DNA from: Haliea sp.
Lineage (GTDB): Bacteria > Pseudomonadota > Gammaproteobacteria > Pseudomonadales > Halieaceae
Direction: 5' to 3'
DNA: 64,000 nt
Assembly: GCA_031409615.1 (NCBI GenBank)
Contig: JANNXP010000141.1
Coordinates: forward strand, 25 to 64,024
Of this stretch, positions 1-8,029 are shown piece by piece. The position numbers and the translations under genes are program-made. The stretch's first letter is position 1, and every line of letters begins with the position of its first letter. The notes under the pieces were generated by a model. It was not told the origin of the DNA, did not search any database, and saw only the letters and a program-made list of their open reading frames with translations.

Positions 1-1290
1 TACCGCAAAGCGCTTCTTGGCACGCACCTGTATCGGGTTCAGATTGGGCCGATCTAGGCCAGTACGGGCATACGAGAACCCTGCAAAGAGATCCCGGTGT
101 TGCTCAGGATCACTGACCACTGATACCAGGTGCTTAATCAGTGCTTCTCCGGTGGCACCAAAATATAAACCACAACTTGTTTTCAACTGGTCGACAAATT
201 CTTGGGTATCCTGCCCTCCGGTCTCAGGGAACATTTCTGCGGGTAGGGCAATATCCAGTATACGTACCCGTTGACCAGTGGTACCGGTACTCGATGAGGA
301 GTTCTCAACCTGCCATTCCAGAGGATACTCACCGGTACTGCCTATCTGGGTCTTCCAACGGTAACGCTCCCGCATTTGACGGTCACCCGTCATTGCGGAT
401 TTTCCAACCCCACCAGCGAGGTTGTAAATGACGCTACCCAGATCAGACATTTTATTGGTACCCACTTCATCCAGCGGCAAAAATATGTCATTGGCGCTCT
501 GTGCGAGCCCCTCAAGTGCGTTAGCGGTAGTATTCCAGCGTTGGATTATCGTGTCAGTTGGATTCTCCTCAGGGTCTGAACCATTGCCCCAGACACTGGC
601 CCCTACCTGAAGTGCGGTAGTCTTTCCCATGCTGCTGAGTCCATACAGGTGGAATCCCCCACCGGTGAGACCAAGTGGGCTCAAGAATGGGGCGGAACAG
701 GCCAAGCCACGGACAAATATCAGGTATGGATTGCCTTTGCATTTGTCGCTTACATGACGTTTCTCCTCTTCAATGGAGCAACTGGCATAGACCGAATGAT
801 GCACAGGTGACTTGCAGTCAGGGAGATGGATGGTATTTTCACCCTCAGTAACAACCTGGGTGGGCAGGGCAAAACCCTGTACTCCCATGGTGTCCGTAAA
901 CCAACCAATACGTTTCACAGCATACTCAGCTCCCACATGACGAAAGCTTTGTAAGTAGTGTAGGACTCTAGCCTGCTTGCCCGGAACGGTAGTGGCACCA
1001 ATGTCCATCAGCTTCTTGATCAGGCTGACTGCATTGTCTGCTATTAGCTGGGACCGAGGCGCATAATGATCACGTACCTCCCCGGAAACCACATCCAGAA
1101 ATTTGATGCGTACCAGGGTTGGAGAATCATCATCACGATATCGGATATTGGCATCAGACCAGATCAGGTCGCAGATTCGGTTGTCAGGGTGTACACTATG
1201 TTCATAGATGCCATGTGAGGTGATGACATAGCCTTCCGGTTGTTGGATACGGACTGTATTGCCATCAGGTAGGGTAACTGAAACTTCCAT
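1..1290 (-). CDS. DUF927-family ATPase/helicase (replication protein), partial, runs off window
   Basis: Manual translation: ATG at 1290 with GGAG RBS, at least 430 codons with no stop; GGFHLYGLSSMGKTT Walker A (619-642), RWNTTANALEG and LPLDE Walker B. Confidence 0.85.
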   Translation of the reverse strand, partial: MEVSVTLPDGNTVRIQQPEGYVITSHGIYEHSVHPDNRICDLIWSDANIRYRDDDSPTLVRIKFLDVVSGEVRDHYAPRSQLIADNAVSLIKKLMDIGATTVPGKQARVLHYLQSFRHVGAEYAVKRIGWFTDTMGVQGFALPTQVVTEGENTIHLPDCKSPVHHSVYASCSIEEEKRHVSDKCKGNPYLIFVRGLACSAPFLSPLGLTGGGFHLYGLSSMGKTTALQVGASVWGNGSDPEENPTDTIIQRWNTTANALEGLAQSANDIFLPLDEVGTNKMSDLGSVIYNLAGGVGKSAMTGDRQMRERYRWKTQIGSTGEYPLEWQVENSSSSTGTTGQRVRILDIALPAEMFPETGGQDTQEFVDQLKTSCGLYFGATGEALIKHLVSVVSDPEQHRDLFAGFSYARTGLDRPNLNPIQVRAKKRFAV

Positions 1291-1367
1291 AATAATATCT
1301 CCAAATTGAAATGACCGAACCGACATTGGTTCGATGGAGATACTCTAAATTTCGTTAGGTTGGACTA

Positions 1368-1407
1368 CTGGGTAGTAAGTAGTAGCAATTGAAACATAAC
1401 AACCTGA
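1368..1407 (-). promoter_or_regulatory. Degenerate copy of 40-bp palindromic box upstream of DUF927 gene
   Basis: CTGGGTAG-N24-CAACCTGA; same 24-nt spacer length, TAA start and ATAA end as the 6374 copy. Confidence 0.5.
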
Positions 1408-1516
1408 AATGATTCAGACTCGATTAGACATACAGTGCCAGTTTTTGTGTCTCCACCTCACGATAGCGGTCATTCTGGCCTGGATAAGTGCAGGGGCCGC
1501 TGCCACCTCACAGCGG

Positions 1517-1586
1517 TCCTACCGTAGAAGTCACCGGCGCTGCGCGGCTTTATCTCGCAGCGTCCGTCTGGACTGCCGGGTTAGGG
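1517..1586 (-). other. attC (59-base element) recombination site, R' mutated
   Basis: Minus strand CCCTAAC-CCGGC-AGTCCAGA-CGGACGCTGCG...CGCAGCGCCG-GTGACT-TCTAC-GGTAGGA; hairpin with bulged base; upstream ORF stop codon inside R''. Confidence 0.75.
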
Positions 1587-1814
1587 ATTGGGTCGACTAT
1601 CAAGGCGATGCTTTGCGTCAGCTATTAGCGACTCAAGCGCCCCAGAATCTCGCACCGAACTGACGACGACCTCTGCCATAGTTATCAATGCCTCGTCGTT
1701 AGACCCAAAGACTCTGAATCGGAGCTTTTGCCCATAGTCCCATATTTCGGCAGCGCAGCGATACGGAGGAAAAGCAGCTTCGATGTGTGAGCAAATATCT
1801 TGATCAGATAGCAT
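1581..1814 (-). CDS. Hypothetical 77-aa protein in integron-like cassette
   Basis: GGAG RBS within core-like GCTAGGA (1824-1830); stop TAA inside attC R''. Confidence 0.6.
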   Translation of the reverse strand: MLSDQDICSHIEAAFPPYRCAAEIWDYGQKLRFRVFGSNDEALITMAEVVVSSVRDSGALESLIADAKHRLDSRPNP

Positions 1815-1832
1815 TTGGGATGCTCCTAGCTT

Positions 1833-2270
1833 TTAGCGAAAGCGCTGGCAATAGACCTTTGAAATAATGAACGAGCCTGCTTGTTGATTGTCAGACCCGG
1901 AAACGATGTATTTCATATGCATACCCTGATCAAATGACCACTTGATGTCGTTGTCGGAGCAATTGCGCTGACCTATAAGTTCTTGCGCTTTAGCGAGAAA
2001 GTTCTGATCAAGATGAGCGGATGGGTAGTTCACCATCTTGATGTGATAGATGGTTGATGCTGTGCTTGCCTCAACTCTAGTGAGTTGCGTCTGGCTGTCC
2101 AGCATTGCCGGAAGCCCAAGATTCAAATCGACATTCGATTTAGCTGCCGCTTGCTGTTTATCTTGAAGAGTTGCAACTTGCTGAGGCGGTTTTTGAGCAG
2201 CGCGGCGTTCGATTTTGAAAATCGTCCAAACGAACACAACAACGATGATGATACCGATGGTCTTGAGCAT
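1833..2270 (-). CDS. Membrane-anchored exported protein, GspS/AspS pilotin-like or PA3611-like
   Basis: N-terminal TM segment; LPAMLDSQTQLTRVE...C...C pattern. Confidence 0.5.
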   Translation of the reverse strand: MLKTIGIIIVVVFVWTIFKIERRAAQKPPQQVATLQDKQQAAAKSNVDLNLGLPAMLDSQTQLTRVEASTASTIYHIKMVNYPSAHLDQNFLAKAQELIGQRNCSDNDIKWSFDQGMHMKYIVSGSDNQQAGSFIISKVYCQRFR

Positions 2271-2664
2271 ATAAACCGATAACAGTTAAGTGTACGGCAC
2301 CAACCGTATAACATGTTGCCGCCTAACACCAGAACGAGCATCCCGGAGGAACGGTTTTTCTATTTTTTCTCAACAGCTTAAAAATCTCGATTGTTATACC
2401 GTCAGGATAGTCTGCTCTCGCCGTATAACACCCTTCAGCACCTTTGTCGGTTTTGCCACTACTCAGGCACTGTTAGGATCGGCTGAACTGAATGCGAGTG
2501 GTTCGGTCTTTTTGATAGCACAGCTCAGACGGTCGCTTTTAGGCGAGGCTGTGTGAAAACGCAAAGACCGACAAAAGGAACTGAAAATTCTGGATTAATG
2601 GCTAGGTTAGAAAGAGACAACTTTAAAACCACTCTACTTCTGACCGCTGCTAAAAATGGGGGAA

Positions 2665-3141
2665 TTACCGAGGGTCATCCAATCTTAAAGCAGTAACGAC
2701 TCCATTCTCCGTGTTGCAGATGACGGATTGGTAGTATGTGGTGTCCCCTGAGGAGAGATTGTCGAAAAAGCCGCCCCCTGGATTCCTAACCTTTGGTTTA
2801 AAAGGCACCTCCTTCGCAGCGAGATAAATCTGGTATTTCATATACCCGACGACACGCGCCTCGTTACGCAAATTGGTACGTGAAGCGTAAGAACCATATC
2901 CGCTTAGATACGGGTCTCTATCTGGATAGGCGGACCTGACCGCACTCACACAACTCGCTATTGCATTATCTAGGTCACGGTTGGCAATTTTGTCCACATT
3001 GTCAGCAACCTCGTCCACTTTATTGCCACCTTCTATCATCACACCTATAATTTTGTCGCATCCGCTTAACAGCATCATCGCCCCAATGATTAGAGAGCCA
3101 CCAATCGCAGGAACCCAGTATTTCATAGTCATCGGCACCAC
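2665..3141 (-). CDS. Hypothetical lipoprotein
   Basis: Signal peptide with lipobox LLSGC. Confidence 0.6.
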   Translation of the reverse strand: MVPMTMKYWVPAIGGSLIIGAMMLLSGCDKIIGVMIEGGNKVDEVADNVDKIANRDLDNAIASCVSAVRSAYPDRDPYLSGYGSYASRTNLRNEARVVGYMKYQIYLAAKEVPFKPKVRNPGGGFFDNLSSGDTTYYQSVICNTENGVVTALRLDDPR

Positions 3142-3517
3142 CCGGTCAGCATTAAAGTGTCTAACGATAATGCTAGGTTAGACCCCTATGTTTTTACTGG
3201 AAACCGATAGATTACGCAAGTTCTTACATCTTTCAGAGCTGAGGATACTACCTTAGTTGACTGGATCAGTCGATCCCAAATCAACAGCTAGAAGAGGCAG
3301 CATACCCTGAAGGGAAGGTTAATTCTCTCTAACGCCAAGGGCCGCATTTAGGTGCGAGGCGGGAGTTCGTGCTCCAGGCTCAGCTAAGGCCGCTATAGAG
3401 TAGTAAAGCGGACGTACACCGGTGAGTTTTCGACGAGTAATTTTTGTCTTTTCCCACGTCAAAGCAGTACTTTCAGCAGTCATGACCTAGTGTCCGCTTT
3501 CATCAGGAAATTACGGT

Positions 3518-4075
3518 TCAAAATTTATTGCCCGCGCTTGGGTTTGACACTGGCCCTTCTCTGCCCCCCAGTGGTCTATTGAAGTACTCGTCTTTATAGT
3601 AGGAGTCTACTGAGCAACTATACTGCTCATACAGACCTTGTTGACGACCTCTGTACTTCTCCATCAAAACGGCACTTAAGTTTTTCCTATTTATGTGAAA
3701 CTCCATTCCAGTATCGTTCGATATTCTCCAGTCAACAAAATATATGATCGCGTAATTGGCATCACTAAAGTCAACATGTGTGGTATACCCCTCACTGGCG
3801 GTGTCGAACAGATTTATACCGCAGAAATATTTGTTGGCAATAAAACCGCCCTCTATCGCGTATTCCTTACCCCTCAATACGTGAACCTCTAAAGAACCGC
3901 ACCTATTTTTTCTGTAAGGCTTACATGAGAGAATCTTGTAAACTTCTAAAGACTCGCAGAATGAGTAGCTTCCATTATTTATACATAGCTTTTGCTTTGC
4001 GCTATCACACCCACCAAGGAAAAAGGCAATGACCAAAAGAAGGGGGATATATTTGGTATAATTGGCGATGCGCAT
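3518..4075 (-). CDS. Hypothetical lipoprotein
   Basis: Signal peptide with lipobox FLGGC; GGGAG RBS. Confidence 0.6.
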   Translation of the reverse strand: MRIANYTKYIPLLLVIAFFLGGCDSAKQKLCINNGSYSFCESLEVYKILSCKPYRKNRCGSLEVHVLRGKEYAIEGGFIANKYFCGINLFDTASEGYTTHVDFSDANYAIIYFVDWRISNDTGMEFHINRKNLSAVLMEKYRGRQQGLYEQYSCSVDSYYKDEYFNRPLGGREGPVSNPSAGNKF

Positions 4076-4173
4076 GAAAGCTCTCCCATCTCGAGTTTCA
4101 GCCGCTACATTTTGCTGTGATAAAAAACAAAGGTATTAACTCAGCTACTTAGTCTTAGATTAGAGAACGCGTC

Positions 4174-4545
4174 ATGATAAGTCAAATACTGGTGCTCTGT
4201 ACTTTTTTCTTGGTAGCGCCTGCCAGTGCCCAAGACAATTCCGACAAAGAAGCAGAAGAATTTATCGCTGCATTCACCCTCGAAACTGTCGTTGAAAAAT
4301 CTATTAATGAAGGAGCAGAAGGCCTTTATTATACCGGCTACCTGGATGCTGCGATCCATTCCGGTCAGTTCACGATAGCTCGAGATTCCGGATTGAATTA
4401 CTGTCCGCCTGGTAACCTAGCGGTTAACCATGCCACCGTTTGGAGTTCCTTCGATAGGTTCGCTGCCGCAAACTCGAAAAGCGCAACTCAAATGCATACG
4501 ATGCACAGCATCGTAACTTGGCTTTTGTGGATGTTCCCGTGTTGA
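4174..4545 (+). CDS. Rap1a/Tai-like periplasmic immunity protein
   Basis: Signal peptide, GYLDA...YCPP...FPC terminal pattern typical of Rap1a family. Confidence 0.55.
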   Translation: MISQILVLCTFFLVAPASAQDNSDKEAEEFIAAFTLETVVEKSINEGAEGLYYTGYLDAAIHSGQFTIARDSGLNYCPPGNLAVNHATVWSSFDRFAAANSKSATQMHTMHSIVTWLLWMFPC

Positions 4546-4801
4546 GGCGCGGCATGGGAAGCCGCGCTCACTGGCGCGAATGACCGCTATAAGTCGGCTG
4601 CGGCACTCAGGGCCAGTATAGCCAAAACGACCGCTTCTAGGTGCGATTAGAGACCTCCTGCTTCCGGATATTGCCCTTTTAAAAGGTCCGCTTCCGGGAA
4701 AAGTGGTTACTAGAGCTACGCCCGATAGTACACTATCTGTCGGATTCGCTCTGGTGTTTCACAATTACCCGGAATAGATTTTCTACATTTACCTCAGCAC
4801 T

Positions 4802-5980
4802 TTATGGAGGCGTTCCAAATCGTCGTGCAACGAGGGTTTTGATCCTAGCTTCGATGATGTTGTGTGTTTTTTCACCAGCAACACATTCACACCAGGAACG
4901 AATAATATCTCGAAGCTCAGAAGATTTCCCGTTTTTTGTCGGTAGCCCTATAGGCGTTGCTTCAAGTTCATAGGTGTAACCCTGCCGTTTTGCAAAGGAC
5001 ATATCATTCGATTGCGCCGCAACGGCAGAGATGTAGTTGTAGCGACTGTGTATAGCTTGGCCACCTTTCTTCAGTGCTTCTACATCTCGATCAATAGCCT
5101 TTTCGGTGTCCTGTGGCAGACGTCTAAACTGAGTATAAACATCAAAGTTCAATATATTGGTAATCAGGCGCACAGCCAAGAGAGTTGGCGCAATCAAACG
5201 AGCATCGACTTCTCGTTCAAAATAATTCAGATCATCAAGTTTCGCCTGTAAGTCATCTATGGTGGCCTCCAACTTCTCAATGAAAATGTCATCAAGAAAC
5301 CTTAGCTCCAAGCGTTCTGCCATTGGCGTAGTGATGGAGGTATAGAGCTGTCGGAAGTGCTTAATCGTGTTATCAATCTGTTCTTTTTCAGCATCAAGAT
5401 CTCGCTGTATTACCGAACCGGCAATTCCGCCGGATTTTTTGATAACCTCCTCATCTTCTTTATACATAGCAAACACCCTAGCGAGGCTTGCATAAACATC
5501 CATCCTGAAAAATTCCGGGTATGGTTCCTCATGCAGTTTCTTAAAATTTGCTTGGTCTAATGGAGCAAAGTGACGAAGATACTTTTCGGTAGTCGCTGAA
5601 ATTTGCGCATCCTTAAACAGCTCCTCGTATGCCTTGCACTTTTTTGCCGCGATGACTTTCGGCTTCCATATCTTGTCATAGTGAGACTGACTTACCGTTA
5701 CGTAATCATCAGCTGTGATCTCTGGCAAAATATCTCCAGTGTCCGGGTGAACCACCACAACACGACCATTGATATTTCTCGCTATAGGATCTAGACGGTG
5801 CATAAATATCTGTGCTCCCCCACTGTAGTCCTTTAAATATTCTCCTGTAGTAAATATGGTTCGGTCAGAAGATTTAGGCTCGTAGCCGTGTCGATCTCCT
5901 CCATAAAATGTGGCAGCAAAATCGCGTAGATCTCTGGCAGTTACACTGAACGCTTTACCTGGCTTTTTTGTTTTTGCCAT
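4802..5980 (-). CDS. Hypothetical 392-aa protein, coupled to the HTH gene
   Basis: Long ORF; TAATG stop/start overlap at 5978-5982. Confidence 0.75.
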   Translation of the reverse strand: MAKTKKPGKAFSVTARDLRDFAATFYGGDRHGYEPKSSDRTIFTTGEYLKDYSGGAQIFMHRLDPIARNINGRVVVVHPDTGDILPEITADDYVTVSQSHYDKIWKPKVIAAKKCKAYEELFKDAQISATTEKYLRHFAPLDQANFKKLHEEPYPEFFRMDVYASLARVFAMYKEDEEVIKKSGGIAGSVIQRDLDAEKEQIDNTIKHFRQLYTSITTPMAERLELRFLDDIFIEKLEATIDDLQAKLDDLNYFEREVDARLIAPTLLAVRLITNILNFDVYTQFRRLPQDTEKAIDRDVEALKKGGQAIHSRYNYISAVAAQSNDMSFAKRQGYTYELEATPIGLPTKNGKSSELRDIIRSWCECVAGEKTHNIIEARIKTLVARRFGTPP

Positions 5981-6312
5981 TAGGTGTCCATTCCTCGTGC
6001 ACGGGTGTTTATGGTGTCTACCTCAGCCAGATGCTTATATTTAGGTCGGGTGGCTAAAAAATGATCGAGGTCTGTCTTCAGGTACTTCACAGGCTTGCCA
6101 ATCTTAATGAATTTGGGTGGATCGCCACCATCGGAAATAATTCCTGTCTTTCTGACCTTCTTGAGCCATTCCTCGCTCATGCCAAGGTAGGTCGCTGCCT
6201 CGCTGGTATCCAGTACCAGCCTGTCAGAGCGGTCCAAGGAAGACGATCTGAGCGTGCTGAGAATCGCCTGAAGTGTACTGTCTATCTTTGAAATGTCGAT
6301 GATGTCGTTCAT
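5980..6312 (-). CDS. Excisionase/AlpA-like helix-turn-helix protein
   Basis: LDTSEAATYLGMSEEWLKKVR...PPKFIKIGKPVKY, downstream of integrase. Confidence 0.8.
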   Translation of the reverse strand: MNDIIDISKIDSTLQAILSTLRSSSLDRSDRLVLDTSEAATYLGMSEEWLKKVRKTGIISDGGDPPKFIKIGKPVKYLKTDLDHFLATRPKYKHLAEVDTINTRARGMDT

Positions 6313-6373
6313 TGTCTGGCCTATTTGACTCGGTTGACTGTGAACGAAATATATCGATCACCGAACTAGGTAG

Positions 6374-6413
6374 CCGGGTAGTAAACACATCAAAATCGCG
6401 CATAACTACCCAG
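6374..6413 (-). promoter_or_regulatory. 40-bp palindromic box upstream of xis
   Basis: CCGGGTAG-N24-CTACCCAG, plus extra CTAGGTAG at 6366-6373. Confidence 0.6.
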
Positions 6414-6419
6414 GCTAAT

Positions 6420-7682
6420 TTAGTCCGCCAATAACTCAACAGCGCCTGCCTTGTGGTCCTGAGCCAAGTGAGCATACCGGAGCGTGGTTCCCAGATCCGA
6501 ATGTCCCAATAACTCTCGTATAGTGTTCAGAGGCACACCGAGCATCACTAGCCTGCTAGCGAAGTGATGCCGTAAGTCATGGAATCTGAAGTCAGTAATA
6601 CCAGCAGATGCCAATACAGACTGCCACGCCGTCTTGATATCCACAAACCGGTTTTCGTTTCGGTTCTTGAACACCCAACCAGAACAGGGTGATTGCTGTT
6701 TACTCCAACTCGTTAATACCTCCATAGCCCGCTTGTTCAGGTTTACATGGCGCACCTTGCGGGATTTAGCATTAGCCGCCCGTACGGTGATTACTTTTTG
6801 ATCGAAATTAACGTCATGCCATTTCAGGCAAAATATCTCTCCTTTTCGAAGACCCGTATTAATGGCTAATAGCACCATAGGTTCAATATGGTCTACAAAC
6901 TCCCCATCCTTGAATTCGGGATACAATTCGTACCCTCGGTCTGCACGCCAGTCGTTGGCACTGGCCCTAGCTTCTGCTAGCCCACAGTGACGAAGCCGGA
7001 GGGCTTTATAGAGACTCCCCTCCTCCACCTTCGACAGATAACGGATCATCTCATCGTCCTCCTGCCTGAGGTTCTTCACTTCGGCTAGCGGATTCGTATC
7101 AATATGCTTTGTTGCAATCGCTCTTGAGAACACAGCCCGTAAGCAAGTCAGATTGCGATTAACTGTTGCTGGCTTAACTGGATTACCCTGCTTGTTGGTC
7201 CGGGCCAACTCCCCTACCTGCCACTTTTCGATCTCGGCAGCTGTAATCAGGGCTATTGGCTTGCTCATCAAGTGGTCAAAATAACGATTCAGCACATAGA
7301 TGTTTGAGCTACCTCTTTTGTTGTGCTTCAGTACCCATGGCTCGTAGTGCTCCTCAATAAATACACGCAACGTCATCGCTTGATTTCGAATCGCATTGTC
7401 TCGCTTAATCTGCTTCTCCGCTTGGGGATCTTTACCTGTGGCAATATCCCCTGCCGTGGCTTTTGCCATTTCCCGAGCTTGGGTTAGAGTCACATCCCCA
7501 TGCCTACCTAGTTTCAACCTGACCCGTTTACCCGTATTAGACTTATAGCTAAAATAGTAAGTCCGTCTACCGGTGGGCTGTATCCGCAACAGAAACCCTG
7601 GCAACTGAATATCAACTGCTTCATAGGGCTTGGCTTCGGGGATCAGTGAAATAATGCTCTTTTCAGTAAATTTGATTTTCAT
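6420..7682 (-). CDS. int: Tyrosine recombinase/integrase with N-terminal arm-binding domain (P4-like)
   Basis: TGLRKGE, HDLRHH, LGH, RYAH catalytic motifs; GFLLRIQPTGRRTYY arm-binding N-terminus. Confidence 0.93.
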   Translation of the reverse strand: MKIKFTEKSIISLIPEAKPYEAVDIQLPGFLLRIQPTGRRTYYFSYKSNTGKRVRLKLGRHGDVTLTQAREMAKATAGDIATGKDPQAEKQIKRDNAIRNQAMTLRVFIEEHYEPWVLKHNKRGSSNIYVLNRYFDHLMSKPIALITAAEIEKWQVGELARTNKQGNPVKPATVNRNLTCLRAVFSRAIATKHIDTNPLAEVKNLRQEDDEMIRYLSKVEEGSLYKALRLRHCGLAEARASANDWRADRGYELYPEFKDGEFVDHIEPMVLLAINTGLRKGEIFCLKWHDVNFDQKVITVRAANAKSRKVRHVNLNKRAMEVLTSWSKQQSPCSGWVFKNRNENRFVDIKTAWQSVLASAGITDFRFHDLRHHFASRLVMLGVPLNTIRELLGHSDLGTTLRYAHLAQDHKAGAVELLAD

Positions 7683-7741
7683 TGGAACCTCTCTAGTCTG
7701 TTGAACTGGATCAACAGCCTAAGGAGGAAAGACATTGATAT

Positions 7742-7781
7742 CTGGGTAGCTAAAGGCATCAAAATGCGAATAACTACCTAG
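7742..7781 (-). promoter_or_regulatory. 40-bp palindromic box upstream of int
   Basis: CTGGGTAG-N24-CTACCTAG; shares CATCAAAAT and ATAA with the 6374 copy. Confidence 0.6.
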
Positions 7782-7822
7782 GTGGGAAACCTGAACGGAC
7801 TGCATTCAGATGGAAGCAAAAC

Positions 7823-7944
7823 TTAAGTCCGTATTAAGTCCTTAAGTCATACTCTCAGGGATTCTTCAGTACCCCCTGCATAACCATTAACCTGTATCCA
7901 ATCAAATATTAACTGAATATAATCAATGTATTACGGGGTACTGA
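7823..7944. repeat. Short repeats beside att (candidate arm-type sites)
   Basis: TTAAGTC(C/A) x3 (7823, 7834, 7842); perfect IR TCAGTACCCC (7866-7875) / GGGGTACTGA (7935-7944). Confidence 0.5.
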
Positions 7945-7984
7945 AAGGTACTAGGGCAGTATGAGACAATAGCCCAGAATCGCT

Positions 7985-8029
7985 CTCCTAAGGGGAAGGC
8001 CGCGTGTTCGAATCTCGCAGGGCGGACCA
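7985..8029 (+). tRNA. 3' half of tRNA-Arg(CCT); att-site remnant, not a complete tRNA
   Basis: Anticodon loop CTCCTAA, GGGGA, T arm GCGTG-TTCGAAT-CTCGC, AGGGCGG-A-CCA; no matching 5' half upstream. Confidence 0.75.

Larger units (their letters stand above)
1..8029. mobile_element. Integrative satellite-like element (right part; left end outside window) inserted at tRNA-Arg(CCT)
   Basis: Tyrosine integrase, HTH excisionase-like gene, DUF927 ATPase, AT-rich cargo, bounded by tRNA 3' fragment at 7985-8029. Confidence 0.75.

Noticed and set aside
17-610. Short plus-strand ORFs
   Set aside because: Antisense to the DUF927 gene.
1448-4706. CRISPR array
   Set aside because: Repeats are degenerate, at most paired, separated by whole genes, and no cas genes are present.
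6420-7682. Integron integrase (IntI)
   Set aside because: Has an arm-binding N-terminus and 420-aa length; no IntI-specific insertion recognised and no attI seen.
7950-8029. Complete tRNA-Arg gene
   Set aside because: No 5' acceptor strand (CCGCCCT) or D arm; anticodon stem 5' side does not pair.
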